DNA of 64,000 nucleotides, taken from the IMG/VR virus record IMGVR_UViG_2896054739_000007, positions 64,001-128,000 of that record; one strand, given 5' to 3'. This DNA comes from a virus (taxonomy: Duplodnaviria > Caudoviricetes). Both the position numbers and the translations under genes were made by a program. The notes under the pieces were generated by a model. It worked only from the letters and a program-made list of their open reading frames with translations. It made no database searches and was not told the origin of the DNA. Positions 24,952-33,715 of this stretch are shown here, one piece after another. Within the stretch, counting starts at the first letter, position 1. Each line of letters opens with the position of its first letter.

Positions 24952-25024
24952 TTGTTACCCTCTGCATTTTCCAGGCTTGGGACTGTCTGAAAGTTGATCA
25001 GACTTTCAGGCTGCATTATAACAA
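24952..25024 (-). ncRNA. Twister ribozyme (P1 type)
   Basis: Minus strand: UUGUUA UAA UGCA GC [CUGAAAGU/ACUUUCAG] A CAG UCCCAAGC CUG GAAAA UGCA GAG GG UAACAA; P1, P2, P4 and both pseudoknot pairings are possible. Confidence 0.88.
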
Positions 25025-25148
25025 TTCTGCATCTAGTGAATTTTTTCTATCAACTGAGGAGTTCACCATCTCCCGGCTGTTTTATACTTGCTATGCCGTG
25101 TTAGCGCAAGTTCAATGTACTGCAACAATTAGTTGTTTTCTTTGTAAA

Positions 25149-25198
25149 TGCCCAAACGGGAAATCGAATCCCGTGTATGTTGCTTGCTCCTGCTGGGT
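25149..25198 (-). ncRNA. tRNA-like minihelix (acceptor stem + T arm only)
   Basis: CCCAG..CGGGA TTCGATT TCCCG TTTGGGCA. Confidence 0.5.
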
Positions 25199-25571
25199 GG
25201 TTAGATTAATCACGGTAACATTTTAAGCCGTCTATTTCTTCACAACATAAATCAAAGAAATATTCACCGTTTGTGTCAATGTCTTCTATGTCTTCACTTG
25301 CAATCTCTACGGCTTTATCAAATGTATAACCTTCTTCAATTGCATCTTTCGCTATCTGTAATTCATTTTCAAATTTCTTTAATGCTTGTGATTTCGTCAT
25401 TGTCCTTACCTCCGTTTGTTTGATTTCTTTAACTGTCTTTATTGTACACTAGTACCAGTATCTTTTCAATATGCAATAGTACCAATGTTTCTATTAAATA
25501 TTTGTGAATTATGTACAATAGTACTATTGTATTTTAAGATAAAAAAATAGAACATATTAAAAATATATGTC

Positions 25572-25760
25572 CTATTCATTCCTTGCCATCTTATCTTTTA
25601 TTGCTTGCCGTATGAATCCAGCTTTTGTATGACCTTTTTCTTTACAATAATTATCAAGTGTTTCCGCTTCTTCGTTTGGCATTGATAATTTTACTTGTGT
25701 ATAATTTTTTTCTGTCCACTTCTTATTAGCTCTTTTCTTTGCGTCTGATACTGGTGAAAT
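25572..25760 (-). CDS. Small RHH-like regulator (probable ATT/ATA start)
   Basis: AKKRANKKW..QVKLSMP..GFIRQAIKDKM; TAGTAC repeats around the adjacent promoter at ~25441-25469. Confidence 0.7.
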   Translation of the reverse strand: MSPVSDAKKRANKKWTEKNYTQVKLSMPNEEAETLDNYCKEKGHTKAGFIRQAIKDKMARNE

Positions 25761-25786
25761 TATTATCACTTCCTTTTCTATATAAT

Positions 25787-25885
25787 AAAAGCACAATTAT
25801 TTTTGGCTGGGCGGTGTATCCAGCATCTCAGGTACTCTTGCGAGTGTGTCGGGAACCATTTCCGACCTCAAAAATAATCATGCTT
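25787..25885 (-). ncRNA. Putative small structured RNA downstream of PBECR nuclease
   Basis: Own promoter TTGACA(25942-37)-17-TATATT(25919-14); long closing stem AAGCATGATTATTTTTG/CAAAAATAATTGTGCTT enclosing several hairpins. Confidence 0.65.
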
Positions 25886-25919
25886 ATTACTATCATATTC
25901 TCTTTGTACCTATAATATA

Positions 25920-26315
25920 CTATGTATTTTCGGCATTGTCAATCTTAAATTCCTTTATTCTGCCACTATATAAACGCCTTTGAATCTTTGATTCCTGTAT
26001 ATCGTGCATAGTAGACACATACAAATAATCATTATCTTTATCTAATTTAATTCCTATCATCACATTATCACGGTATCTTTTTATTAGTTCTATGGATTGT
26101 GTGCCGTTTTCATTTGGATTTATGCCGATATAATCAGGATTATCAATAATATCTGGTATATAGTCGATATATTTCAAACATTTTGCATGTTTACTTTTCA
26201 GCATATGAGCAGGTAAACCTTTTGATCTGTATATATCTTTAGGTTCTATATTTATTCCTAAGATGGAATTAAATTTACTTTTGTATTTCCCTACTATAAT
26301 TAATTTGTCCGACAT
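25920..26315 (-). CDS. PBECR (barnase/EndoU/colicin/RelE-like) nuclease-fold protein
   Basis: GLPAHM..KH..IPDIIDNPDYIGINP..IELIKRY..IGIKLD..YLYVST. Confidence 0.7.
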   Translation of the reverse strand: MSDKLIIVGKYKSKFNSILGINIEPKDIYRSKGLPAHMLKSKHAKCLKYIDYIPDIIDNPDYIGINPNENGTQSIELIKRYRDNVMIGIKLDKDNDYLYVSTMHDIQESKIQRRLYSGRIKEFKIDNAENT

Positions 26316-26467
26316 TTTGTTATATTCCTTTTGTTTAATAGGAAAATTATAACATATATTTTATAGATTATCTACACAAAATTGACAATTGGGGAGGGTA
26401 CTAATTCCAGAATATTCCAACGCCATATCAATTTTCTGTTGTATAGTAATCTTTATCGGCCCCCTAT

Positions 26468-26677
26468 CTAAACTGGCATAGAAAACAAATGTGGCTCTGG
26501 TATTTCTTCCCCGTCTTCTAGTGCCGTTTCAATCCATTCTTGAATAATAATTTCTGCATTTTCTACTGTCTCAGTTGGTGTTTCTCCGTCTGCCATACAT
26601 CCAGGAAGATCGGGAACTGACACAATATAGGCTTGATCTTCCTCAGACCATGACATAACCATAGAATATTTGTACAT
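26468..26677 (-). CDS. hicB: Short HicB antitoxin
   Basis: WSEEDQAYIVSVPDLPGCMADGET..WIETALEDGEEIPEP. Confidence 0.9.
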   Translation of the reverse strand: MYKYSMVMSWSEEDQAYIVSVPDLPGCMADGETPTETVENAEIIIQEWIETALEDGEEIPEPHLFSMPV

Positions 26678-26679
26678 AT

Positions 26680-26883
26680 TTACACCACCATAATATCAGG
26701 ATCTGGAATTGTTTGCCCATCTTCTAAAGCCGTTTCAATCCATAATTCCTTTGCTATTTCAATTTCTTTCAACGCTTCTTCTTTTGTTTCCCCGTGTGCC
26801 ATACATCCTTGTAACTCAGGAACGCTTGCAACATATATTTTATCTTGTGGATCATATTGCATAAAAATAGAATACTCTGCCAT
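26680..26883 (-). CDS. hicB: Short HicB antitoxin (paralog)
   Basis: YVASVPELQGCMAHGETKEEA..WIETALEDGQTIPDP. Confidence 0.9.
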   Translation of the reverse strand: MAEYSIFMQYDPQDKIYVASVPELQGCMAHGETKEEALKEIEIAKELWIETALEDGQTIPDPDIMVV

Positions 26884-26895
26884 CTTAAAACCTCC

Positions 26896-27135
26896 TTATA
26901 AGCCGTGTTTATTAATAATATTCCTTAATTGTCTAACCTGATACCCTTTAGCCTTTGAATTGGCATTCTGTATTGTCATACGTTCATTTATTCCATTATG
27001 ATAATATGACTTGTGGGAGCCTTTCTGTCCTTTAAAAGAAAAACCTAAATCAACAATAAGATTGCAGAAATCACTAAAATTTATATTGTTGTCGGATTTT
27101 CCGCTTATTACATCATTATATGTCTTTTGGTTCAT
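26896..27135 (-). CDS. hicA: HicA toxin
   Basis: INFSDFCNLIVDLGF..KGSH..IQ..KAKGYQVRQ. Confidence 0.9.
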   Translation of the reverse strand: MNQKTYNDVISGKSDNNINFSDFCNLIVDLGFSFKGQKGSHKSYYHNGINERMTIQNANSKAKGYQVRQLRNIINKHGL

Positions 27136-27544
27136 TCTGATTCACTTCCTTTGTGTATATTAATTATATCAGATTTCCCGATTTTTTCAAGCATTATCAA
27201 AAACCGTTCATATCTAATTGAAATAATTGTTTCATTGGCACACGAAAATAAATTCATTGCCAAACATATCCCATTTTGAAAACCTTCTTTGCAATAAATC
27301 AACGGGAATATTATTTGACATTCCCTGAAATAATGTACCTTTCTTTTCGTCAAATTCGCATCCTGAAGGCAATTCATAATTTTCAGAATCAACTATCGCA
27401 CAATATATTCCACTTTCTTCATTTTCAACAAACATTGATAAAAAGTCTTTAATTAACATGATAAATTCCTCCTGATCTTATTTTCTACATTTTTATGAAA
27501 TGAGCTTGCAACTTTTGACGGATGCAAGCCCTTGTATTGCTTTT

Positions 27545-28159
27545 CTACATATTTACTACAATAACTCTATTCAATACCAGAATGTCACAAAATATAGACA
27601 TAAACAACTTACTGAACTGTCTATCTCTCATTGTAGAAGAAAATACGCCCTCTTCTAACAACTGTTTAGAATTGCTAACACTCACACCCAGCCGATCTGC
27701 AATCTGTTCTGATAACTTACAGAGTGCCGATTGACCCACTTCTTCTATACCGATATTCTCAAGAAATCCCCTGATACATTCGATAAAATCCCCACGTTTA
27801 CCAAGTTCAATCTTGCGCACATAAGAATCATACATACCATCAGGCATAAAAGCATATGTGCTTTTCAAGTCTTCATTTAAAGGTTTTAAAGTTTCCTTAT
27901 GTAAATTGTTTTCTGCTCTGATAGCCTTATCTACTTCAACGCTGGAATGTTTGCGGATGACATCATCTAAATTCATGCCATTTTTTAAATCAATTTCCCT
28001 GTTTTCGTGAATTGCTTCAAGTTTTGCTTTTAACGGCTTCATTTCTGCCATGTGTCGCATATCCTCTTTTGCAATGGCGATTCTTGCATCTACAAAAGCA
28101 TTCAGATAAGCAAGTGATTTACTGTCGATTAATTCAAAATTAATAGGTGCTTTACTCAT
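27545..28159 (-). CDS. Hypothetical protein at head of leftward operon
   Basis: 204-aa ORF, GGAGG RBS, long structured leader. Confidence 0.75.
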   Translation of the reverse strand: MSKAPINFELIDSKSLAYLNAFVDARIAIAKEDMRHMAEMKPLKAKLEAIHENREIDLKNGMNLDDVIRKHSSVEVDKAIRAENNLHKETLKPLNEDLKSTYAFMPDGMYDSYVRKIELGKRGDFIECIRGFLENIGIEEVGQSALCKLSEQIADRLGVSVSNSKQLLEEGVFSSTMRDRQFSKLFMSIFCDILVLNRVIVVNM

Positions 28160-28658
28160 AATATGGTTACCTCCTTCAAATTATTTAACCTGTTTTTGCG
28201 TTACCCGTCACATACTACGAGGAAGTACAGGTTATAATGTGACATAGTGTCTGCTTCTAATCTTGTATCATTCCTGCAATACATCGCTACTCTAGCGTGT
28301 TTTATGTGCGTTTCCTTGCTCCCTATTTTGCGGTATATCTCTAACTGCTGATATATCGGTTACTTATCCGCTTGAGCGATGCAGATAAGAGGGTAAACAA
28401 TATACTACAAGTACAGACATATGAAACTTTCAAAGTGCAACCCTCACACAAACACACCTGTAAAAGCACTATTCGGATTTAATAACCCTAGTTTGCGGAT
28501 TGATAAAGCTTTAAGTTTGGGATTTTCACGACTTGACATAGCCTGAATAGATAAGTATAATAAAGATGCAATGGCTATATGCTGTTGTGAAGGTTAGGAA
28601 AGCGGTGATTACTTTGGTCGGTGTCAACCGCTTTTCTTTATTCCCTTAACTTGATTAT

Positions 28659-28687
28659 ATCTTACCATAAATAAAAGTACTTGTCAA
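28659..28687 (-). promoter_or_regulatory. Leftward sigmaA promoter
   Basis: TTGACA-17-TAAGAT. Confidence 0.7.
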
Positions 28688-28720
28688 CACTTTTTCAAGA
28701 TTTTCTTGAATTTTTCAAGA

Positions 28721-28921
28721 TTATTGTTCAATCCATTCTATCAGATCACCCGGTTGACACTTTAAGACATTACAGATTTTGTCTATTACTTTAAGTGAGA
28801 CAGGCTCATTATTGTTAATTGCTTTAATTGCATTAGTTGTAATGCCTGCTTGAATTCTTAATTCTTCCCTTGTCATTCCCTTACGATTTAACAGGTCTAA
28901 TAATTTATAATAAGTAATCAT
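28721..28921 (-). CDS. Cro/C1-type HTH (HTH_26) regulator
   Basis: MITYYKLLDLL..VSLKVIDKICNVLKCQPGDLIE. Confidence 0.88.
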   Translation of the reverse strand: MITYYKLLDLLNRKGMTREELRIQAGITTNAIKAINNNEPVSLKVIDKICNVLKCQPGDLIEWIEQ

Positions 28922-29048
28922 ACAATCACCTTCCTATATTTGATGTATCCATTATACCAAATATTTCTCTTTTTGTAAAAGAACATATTTTCTGATTTAC
29001 CCATCTTCTTTCCTGCTATATAATGGAAATATCATATTACGAAAGAAG

Positions 29049-29522
29049 GTGAAACCAATGCAGAATATACCGTATGACGATCTGGAAATGTTTATGGAAT
29101 GGACTAAAACGAAATCAGAACTAAAATTCAATCCACAAACAAAAACTTTTCCAATTATTCCTAATTGCATTTATTGGGCTTTTATGGGCTGTAATATCGG
29201 CTCAGAGGAAGGGAAACATCGTCCGGTCTTAGTTACAAGGACTTACCCAAATTCGCCGACTATAACAGTATTACCACTTACAACGCAACGTTTGAATGAT
29301 GGGAAACAATATCATGTTGACTTGGAAAAGCAAAATTCTACTGTTTTAGTTGAGCAAATGCGTGTGATTGATATTTCCCGAATTGACAAACCAATGAGAA
29401 AAAGCGGTTCAATTATTTCAATTACTGAAAAAGATTGGAAAGCTATTGACTATCAAATCAAACGTGAATATTTACTTACACCATTACCAAAAGTTCAAAA
29501 AAATAGTATAAAAAGCAAATAA
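29049..29522 (+). CDS. Orphan PemK/MazF-family toxin
   Basis: IYWAFMGCNIGSEEGKHRPVLV..VLPLTT..VEQMRVIDISRI. Confidence 0.85.
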   Translation: MKPMQNIPYDDLEMFMEWTKTKSELKFNPQTKTFPIIPNCIYWAFMGCNIGSEEGKHRPVLVTRTYPNSPTITVLPLTTQRLNDGKQYHVDLEKQNSTVLVEQMRVIDISRIDKPMRKSGSIISITEKDWKAIDYQIKREYLLTPLPKVQKNSIKSK

Positions 29523-29538
29523 ATTGTATCTTTTCTTC

Positions 29539-29675
29539 TTGACATACATATAATAAATGTGTATACTAAAGATACAAAAGATGTGTAAACATCAATTTTC
29601 CACTACTTTTAGTAGTGAGTAGTATCATCAATTATCCGAAAGCACTTAGTTTATACTAGGTGCTTTTGTTTTTTC
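29539..29675 (+). ncRNA. Promoter plus small structured RNA downstream of pemK-like gene
   Basis: TTGACA-17-TATACT; GATAC/GTATC closing stem around two hairpins; terminator AAGCACTTAG/CTAGGTGCTT + T tract. Confidence 0.55.
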
Positions 29676-29756
29676 AACTTATCTTTCCCCAAAACAAAAA
29701 AGGACTGGAAAAACCAATCCTTTTATACTGTCCATACTTATTTCCTTACAATTCCA

Positions 29757-29984
29757 TCATGCAGCACTACTATAATTTACAATAGAAATTTCCTGTGTAA
29801 ATTGTTTCGCCTGTTCTGTGATCTGCTCCAATCTTTTAATAACATCCCCTGTATAGATAACCTCATTACATTCTGTACACTTATAGCAAGGAACATTGCG
29901 CACGATTAAAAGGCAATTACCTAAGTCTGTTACGCTTGTTGTATATCCCTTTTCGGCTTTTGCTCCGCATTCCATACATACCAT
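29757..29984 (-). CDS. YgiT-type zinc-finger (MqsA-like) antitoxin
   Basis: MVCMECG..IVRNVPCYKCTECNE. Confidence 0.85.
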   Translation of the reverse strand: MVCMECGAKAEKGYTTSVTDLGNCLLIVRNVPCYKCTECNEVIYTGDVIKRLEQITEQAKQFTQEISIVNYSSAA

Positions 29985-29986
29985 AA

Positions 29987-30301
29987 TTAACGCCCCTTTC
30001 TTGTCTTAAAATCACTTTCCCACATATCAGGATCGGGAAAATATGCAGTTATAAGATATATAAAATCTGTATCACAACTTACTACTATATGAATATACTG
30101 TGATTTAACAGAAAATCCCAATATCAAACAACTTGCTAGTGGTTTATCGTCTGGATATTGTTTAATAATTTCACCAGTGTTTATACCATTCACAATATCA
30201 TCAATGCTAATATTCCGTTCATACAAGCGAATTCTAGCATGTTCTGTTACTGCTATGTTTTCAGGTTTATTTATTGCCCTTAACTGTTCTATCGTTATCA
30301 T
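29987..30301 (-). CDS. DUF4258-family toxin
   Basis: TEHARIRLYERNI..GEIIKQYPDDKP..HIVV..LITAYFPD..W. Confidence 0.85.
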   Translation of the reverse strand: MITIEQLRAINKPENIAVTEHARIRLYERNISIDDIVNGINTGEIIKQYPDDKPLASCLILGFSVKSQYIHIVVSCDTDFIYLITAYFPDPDMWESDFKTRKGR

Positions 30302-31267
30302 TTTACACCAACTTTTCTATTGATATTCTAATTATAACAGATTATTGAATCATTTAAAACCTTTTTATTACTTATCCATACCCACAAAAGAGACTTTTCA
30401 AAAGATACGGCTAAATGCATCCAGCTTTAATGGCTATGTCCTCATTGTATTGAGTGGTTAATAAAACTATGTATTGCTTTTGTTGCTTCTTATTTCTCGT
30501 TTGAACATCACATTCCTTTTTGAAAAGCAGTTGACCGCTTTTAATATAGAAGAGAGTGCCAAAGGTTCTTGACACTCTCTAAAAGTTCTTGTGTATTTAT
30601 TAATCGCTTTTATTTTGTAGCGATAGAATTTTTATGTTTGATTTACGATTTCAAACTAGCGGTTATTTCAGCTACTTGTTATATTGCATAGTCAATTTTT
30701 CACTTTCTTTCCTTTGCTATACTAGGCTTATTCCGTACCCCTAAGACAATTCCTTGCCCGCTTCCATCAATAGCAATTCAACTTTTCGTGGAATAGGTTT
30801 TTTCTGATAAAACCGTATAAATCAGACTTATAAGCCTATGTAAAGGAATTTGTAACGTGTCCTAATTCACGATAGATTTCATCAAATCTATAAGGAAATA
30901 TGATACCCAGAGATATAAGCCGTTTGTGTCCACCTTATACCATTCCACCGGAATATATACTATGCTATATCTGGATTCGGTCTTCTTTCAATCATACCGC
31001 CGTTTTGTTGTCGTTCTATGTCGGTCATTTGCTTATGCCAAGCAGCCTTGTTTGCTATCGTTTGATTTCCTCTTTTCTGGTCATTACCCAGTTTAATCCT
31101 CCTGATATTGTTTTCTATTTTCGTTTTGGGATTTTTCATTGACTTTTCCAAAGAAATGAATATAATAGAATGTATCAATGGTAAGTGAAAACTTATCTTG
31201 TAGATTAGCAAGTTGTTACTTTGGTAGAGTGGGCAACTTGCTTTTGTTTTCTCCTACTTATCCCAAA

Positions 31268-31307
31268 TGGCAAGTTAGAATTGAATCCCACGGCTTGACC
31301 GCTTGCC
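31268..31307 (-). ncRNA. tRNA-like minihelix
   Basis: GGCAAG..GGGA TTCAATT CTA ACTTGCCA. Confidence 0.45.
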
Positions 31308-31611
31308 TGAATGTGTTAATCTCCTATTATTGCACGAATTTTTCTTTCTTCTACTGTCAAGTAATTATGTATTACTATCTCTCTTGCATCTATGATCTTG
31401 TCTAGCATCTTTTGGGCTTTATTGGATTCCCAATTTTTATAGCCTTCCCAGATCGAATATGCAATTTTAATTTTTTCAACAGCTTTATCATATTTACCAG
31501 CGTTATTATAATATTTTGCCCTGTCCAGAAAATAAATGATTGTTTTCTTGCGTGACTGCTTTTTTAATTTTTTCACTTTTTGACTTGCTCCTTTCTTTAT
31601 CTTATGTACTA

Positions 31612-31747
31612 AGTATAAACGATTTTCATTTAAAAGTCAAGTACTTTTTAAATATTTTTCATTTATTTTTTATTATATAACATTTTCATTTCAACGTTTT
31701 TCGTTTATCTTTAATGGGATTATAAATGATATTCATTTGTATGTCAA
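31612..31747 (-). promoter_or_regulatory. Tandem duplicated leftward promoters facing a divergent HTH pair
   Basis: TTGACT-17-TATACT (31640-31612) and TTGACA-17-TATAAT (31747-31719); each has TTTTAAATATTTTTCATTTATTTTT just upstream of its -35. Confidence 0.75.
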
Positions 31748-31880
31748 TAATTTTTTAAATATTTTTCATTTATTTTTATCGTTTGACAATTAAAAGAAAA
31801 TACTTTATATTTAAGTATAAATAAAAATCAAAAATAGAATATTAAAATAGATATTAAAAATGTGGAGGATATAGAAAAGA

Positions 31881-32117
31881 ATGGCTTTTATTTTTCAAGA
31901 TAATAAACAGGTTAAAAATGAATTTAAGAAATTGACTATTGATAATAATGTAACCATGTCGGAAGTAGCTGGAAAGTGTGGGCTCATACCACAACAATTA
32001 AATAATAGGTTCAATAATAATAGACTTGCTTTTTCAGATTTAAAGCAATATCTGGATAGTATCGGCTATGAGTTGCAAATTGATTTTATCAAGAAAGAAG
32101 AAAAAGAAAATGTTTGA
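31881..32117 (+). CDS. XRE HTH regulator
   Basis: VTMSEVAGKCGLIPQQLNNRF. Confidence 0.8.
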   Translation: MAFIFQDNKQVKNEFKKLTIDNNVTMSEVAGKCGLIPQQLNNRFNNNRLAFSDLKQYLDSIGYELQIDFIKKEEKENV

Positions 32118-32349
32118 ATATATAGACAATGAACATCTAAAAAAAGAAGTTAAAAAAATGATAATTGATTCTGGATTGACACAAAAAGAAGTGGCAGAAA
32201 AGATGGGATGCAAACCACAACAGTATACTAATATTGTAGGAAAAGAAAATTTTGCTTTTCGTGATGTAAAAAGAATTGCGGATGCTGCTGGTTTTAAATT
32301 ATTAATTGAATTTGAAAAAAAGAATAGATATAAAATCTTTATGAATTAG
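32110..32349 (+). CDS. XRE HTH regulator (paralog)
   Basis: GLTQKEVAEKMGCKPQQYTN; ATG overlaps upstream gene end. Confidence 0.85.
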   Translation: MFEYIDNEHLKKEVKKMIIDSGLTQKEVAEKMGCKPQQYTNIVGKENFAFRDVKRIADAAGFKLLIEFEKKNRYKIFMN

Positions 32350-32802
32350 ATTTAGAAATCACAGACAGAGCAACAAAAAAGAGTATAAACTATAATATTT
32401 ATACTCTTAAAAACAAAAGAAAGGTTATGATCTTATGGCACGTCATAGAGATATAAGCAAGGCACATGCAAGATTAGAGGGTGAAGGATGGCACATAGAA
32501 TACCACCGTGAAGCCGTTGTTACATCCAGTAGCAAAAAACCTAAAAAGAAACATATCCCCACTAAAAGAGATAAACGGCGTTGTATTCACTATAACAAGA
32601 CAAATAAAAGTTGCTATAAATTAAAGTGTGCTTGTATGGGGTCTAGCGATTGTGCTTCATATCGTGATTAGTTTCACTGCCTGTGCAAGCTCCTGATTTG
32701 TTTTGATTACCATGTATCCACCTTCCTATATAAAAAACAAGGGCGTAAGCTATATATAATAGACTTGCGCCCTAATCTGCTTACTATTTAGTTACTGGTT
32801 AC

Positions 32803-32994
32803 TCATTCATTAATCTTATCGATCGTTGTAAGATTCACACCCAAACTTGTAAGAATAACTTTTAATGATATATAATCTTCTTTCAAGTCTGCGTAAGTTT
32901 CGACAGCATTTTCTTTTCTTGCTAATAACATACGTTTTTGGACTTTCTGAAAATCGTTTATAGATCTTTCAATAATTTCACCATTACTAGGCAT
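32803..32994 (-). CDS. Small helical protein, inverted-repeat-flanked (copy 1)
   Basis: GGAGG RBS; TAGACT-17-TATACT promoter. Confidence 0.7.
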   Translation of the reverse strand: MPSNGEIIERSINDFQKVQKRMLLARKENAVETYADLKEDYISLKVILTSLGVNLTTIDKINE

Positions 32995-33411
32995 ATTTTC
33001 ACCTCCTAATCATGAAAACAGTTGTTTGATTATATATAGTATACCATAATCAAAGCGCAAAGTCTATTATAATTTAGATGTACACAATTTGCTACACTCT
33101 ATTATACCCACTTCTTTAGTTGTCAAGGTTCAATCCTTACTTCTATTTTTGGGAAATATCTGCCGATTGACAGATTATCAAGAATTGTGTTATACTCAAA
33201 CTGTCTAGGAATGAGTGTTAAAACACTTCTTGAAATTTCCCTGTTTCGTTAAGGAATGGGGATTTTTCTTTTCGCTCCTGGACTTATTGACGCTGCCATG
33301 TTGAGAATGTATCAGGTCTTATTGACACTGCCATGATACCGATTTGTTTTCCCTTGTGTTCCTTTAGCATCTATTGATAGCTCAATAGGAATCACGTTTT
33401 TTAAGGGTTTA

Positions 33412-33588
33412 TTATTCAAGAATCAGTTTTTCTATTGATTCAATGTCAATATTATATGATGACAATTTTACTTTTGTAACTGCTAACTGGATATCTAAGA
33501 CTTTATTTGTTCCGGTTTCTGCTGCTTTAATTTGTAATAGCATAACATATCTATCAATAAGATTCTGTTTTACCTCTTCTTCAGTCAT
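33412..33588 (-). CDS. Small helical protein, inverted-repeat-flanked (copy 2; 58 aa, not in track)
   Basis: MTEEEVKQNLIDRYVMLLQIKAAETGTNKVLDIQLAVTKVKLSSYNI. Confidence 0.7.
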   Translation of the reverse strand: MTEEEVKQNLIDRYVMLLQIKAAETGTNKVLDIQLAVTKVKLSSYNIDIESIEKLILE

Positions 33589-33658
33589 GCATACCTCTTT
33601 CTACCTTAAAACGTGACCCCTATTGAGTTATCAATGTGCTTTGTTCCTTACAAGTATT

Positions 33659-33687
33659 ATTATAGACTATTGTGCTTTACTTGTCAA
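33659..33687 (-). promoter_or_regulatory. Consensus sigmaA promoter followed by boxA-like site (33627-33639)
   Basis: TTGACA-17-TATAAT then GCACATTGATAAC. Confidence 0.8.
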
Positions 33688-33715
33688 CTATTTTCTAAAT
33701 ATTTTTTTTAGTTTT

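Larger units (their letters stand above)
2175..27234. repeat. Dispersed 16-bp palindrome TGAAA-N6-TTTCA at gene junctions (~31 copies)
   Basis: Perfect copies start at 2424, 7152, 7945, 10566, 17827, 27219. Degenerate copies at 2175, 2683, 3466, 4438, 4734, 5891, 6901, 8681, 13671, 14311, 14632, 15164, 15456, 16039, 16060, 17158, 18334, 18905, 19116, 19378, 19826, 21522, 23069, 23346, 24238. Confidence 0.85.

Noticed and set aside
2175-27234. Junction palindromes as CcpA cre sites or terminators
   Set aside because: cre has a 4-nt CG-containing centre, not a variable 6-nt core; 5-bp AT arms are too weak for terminators
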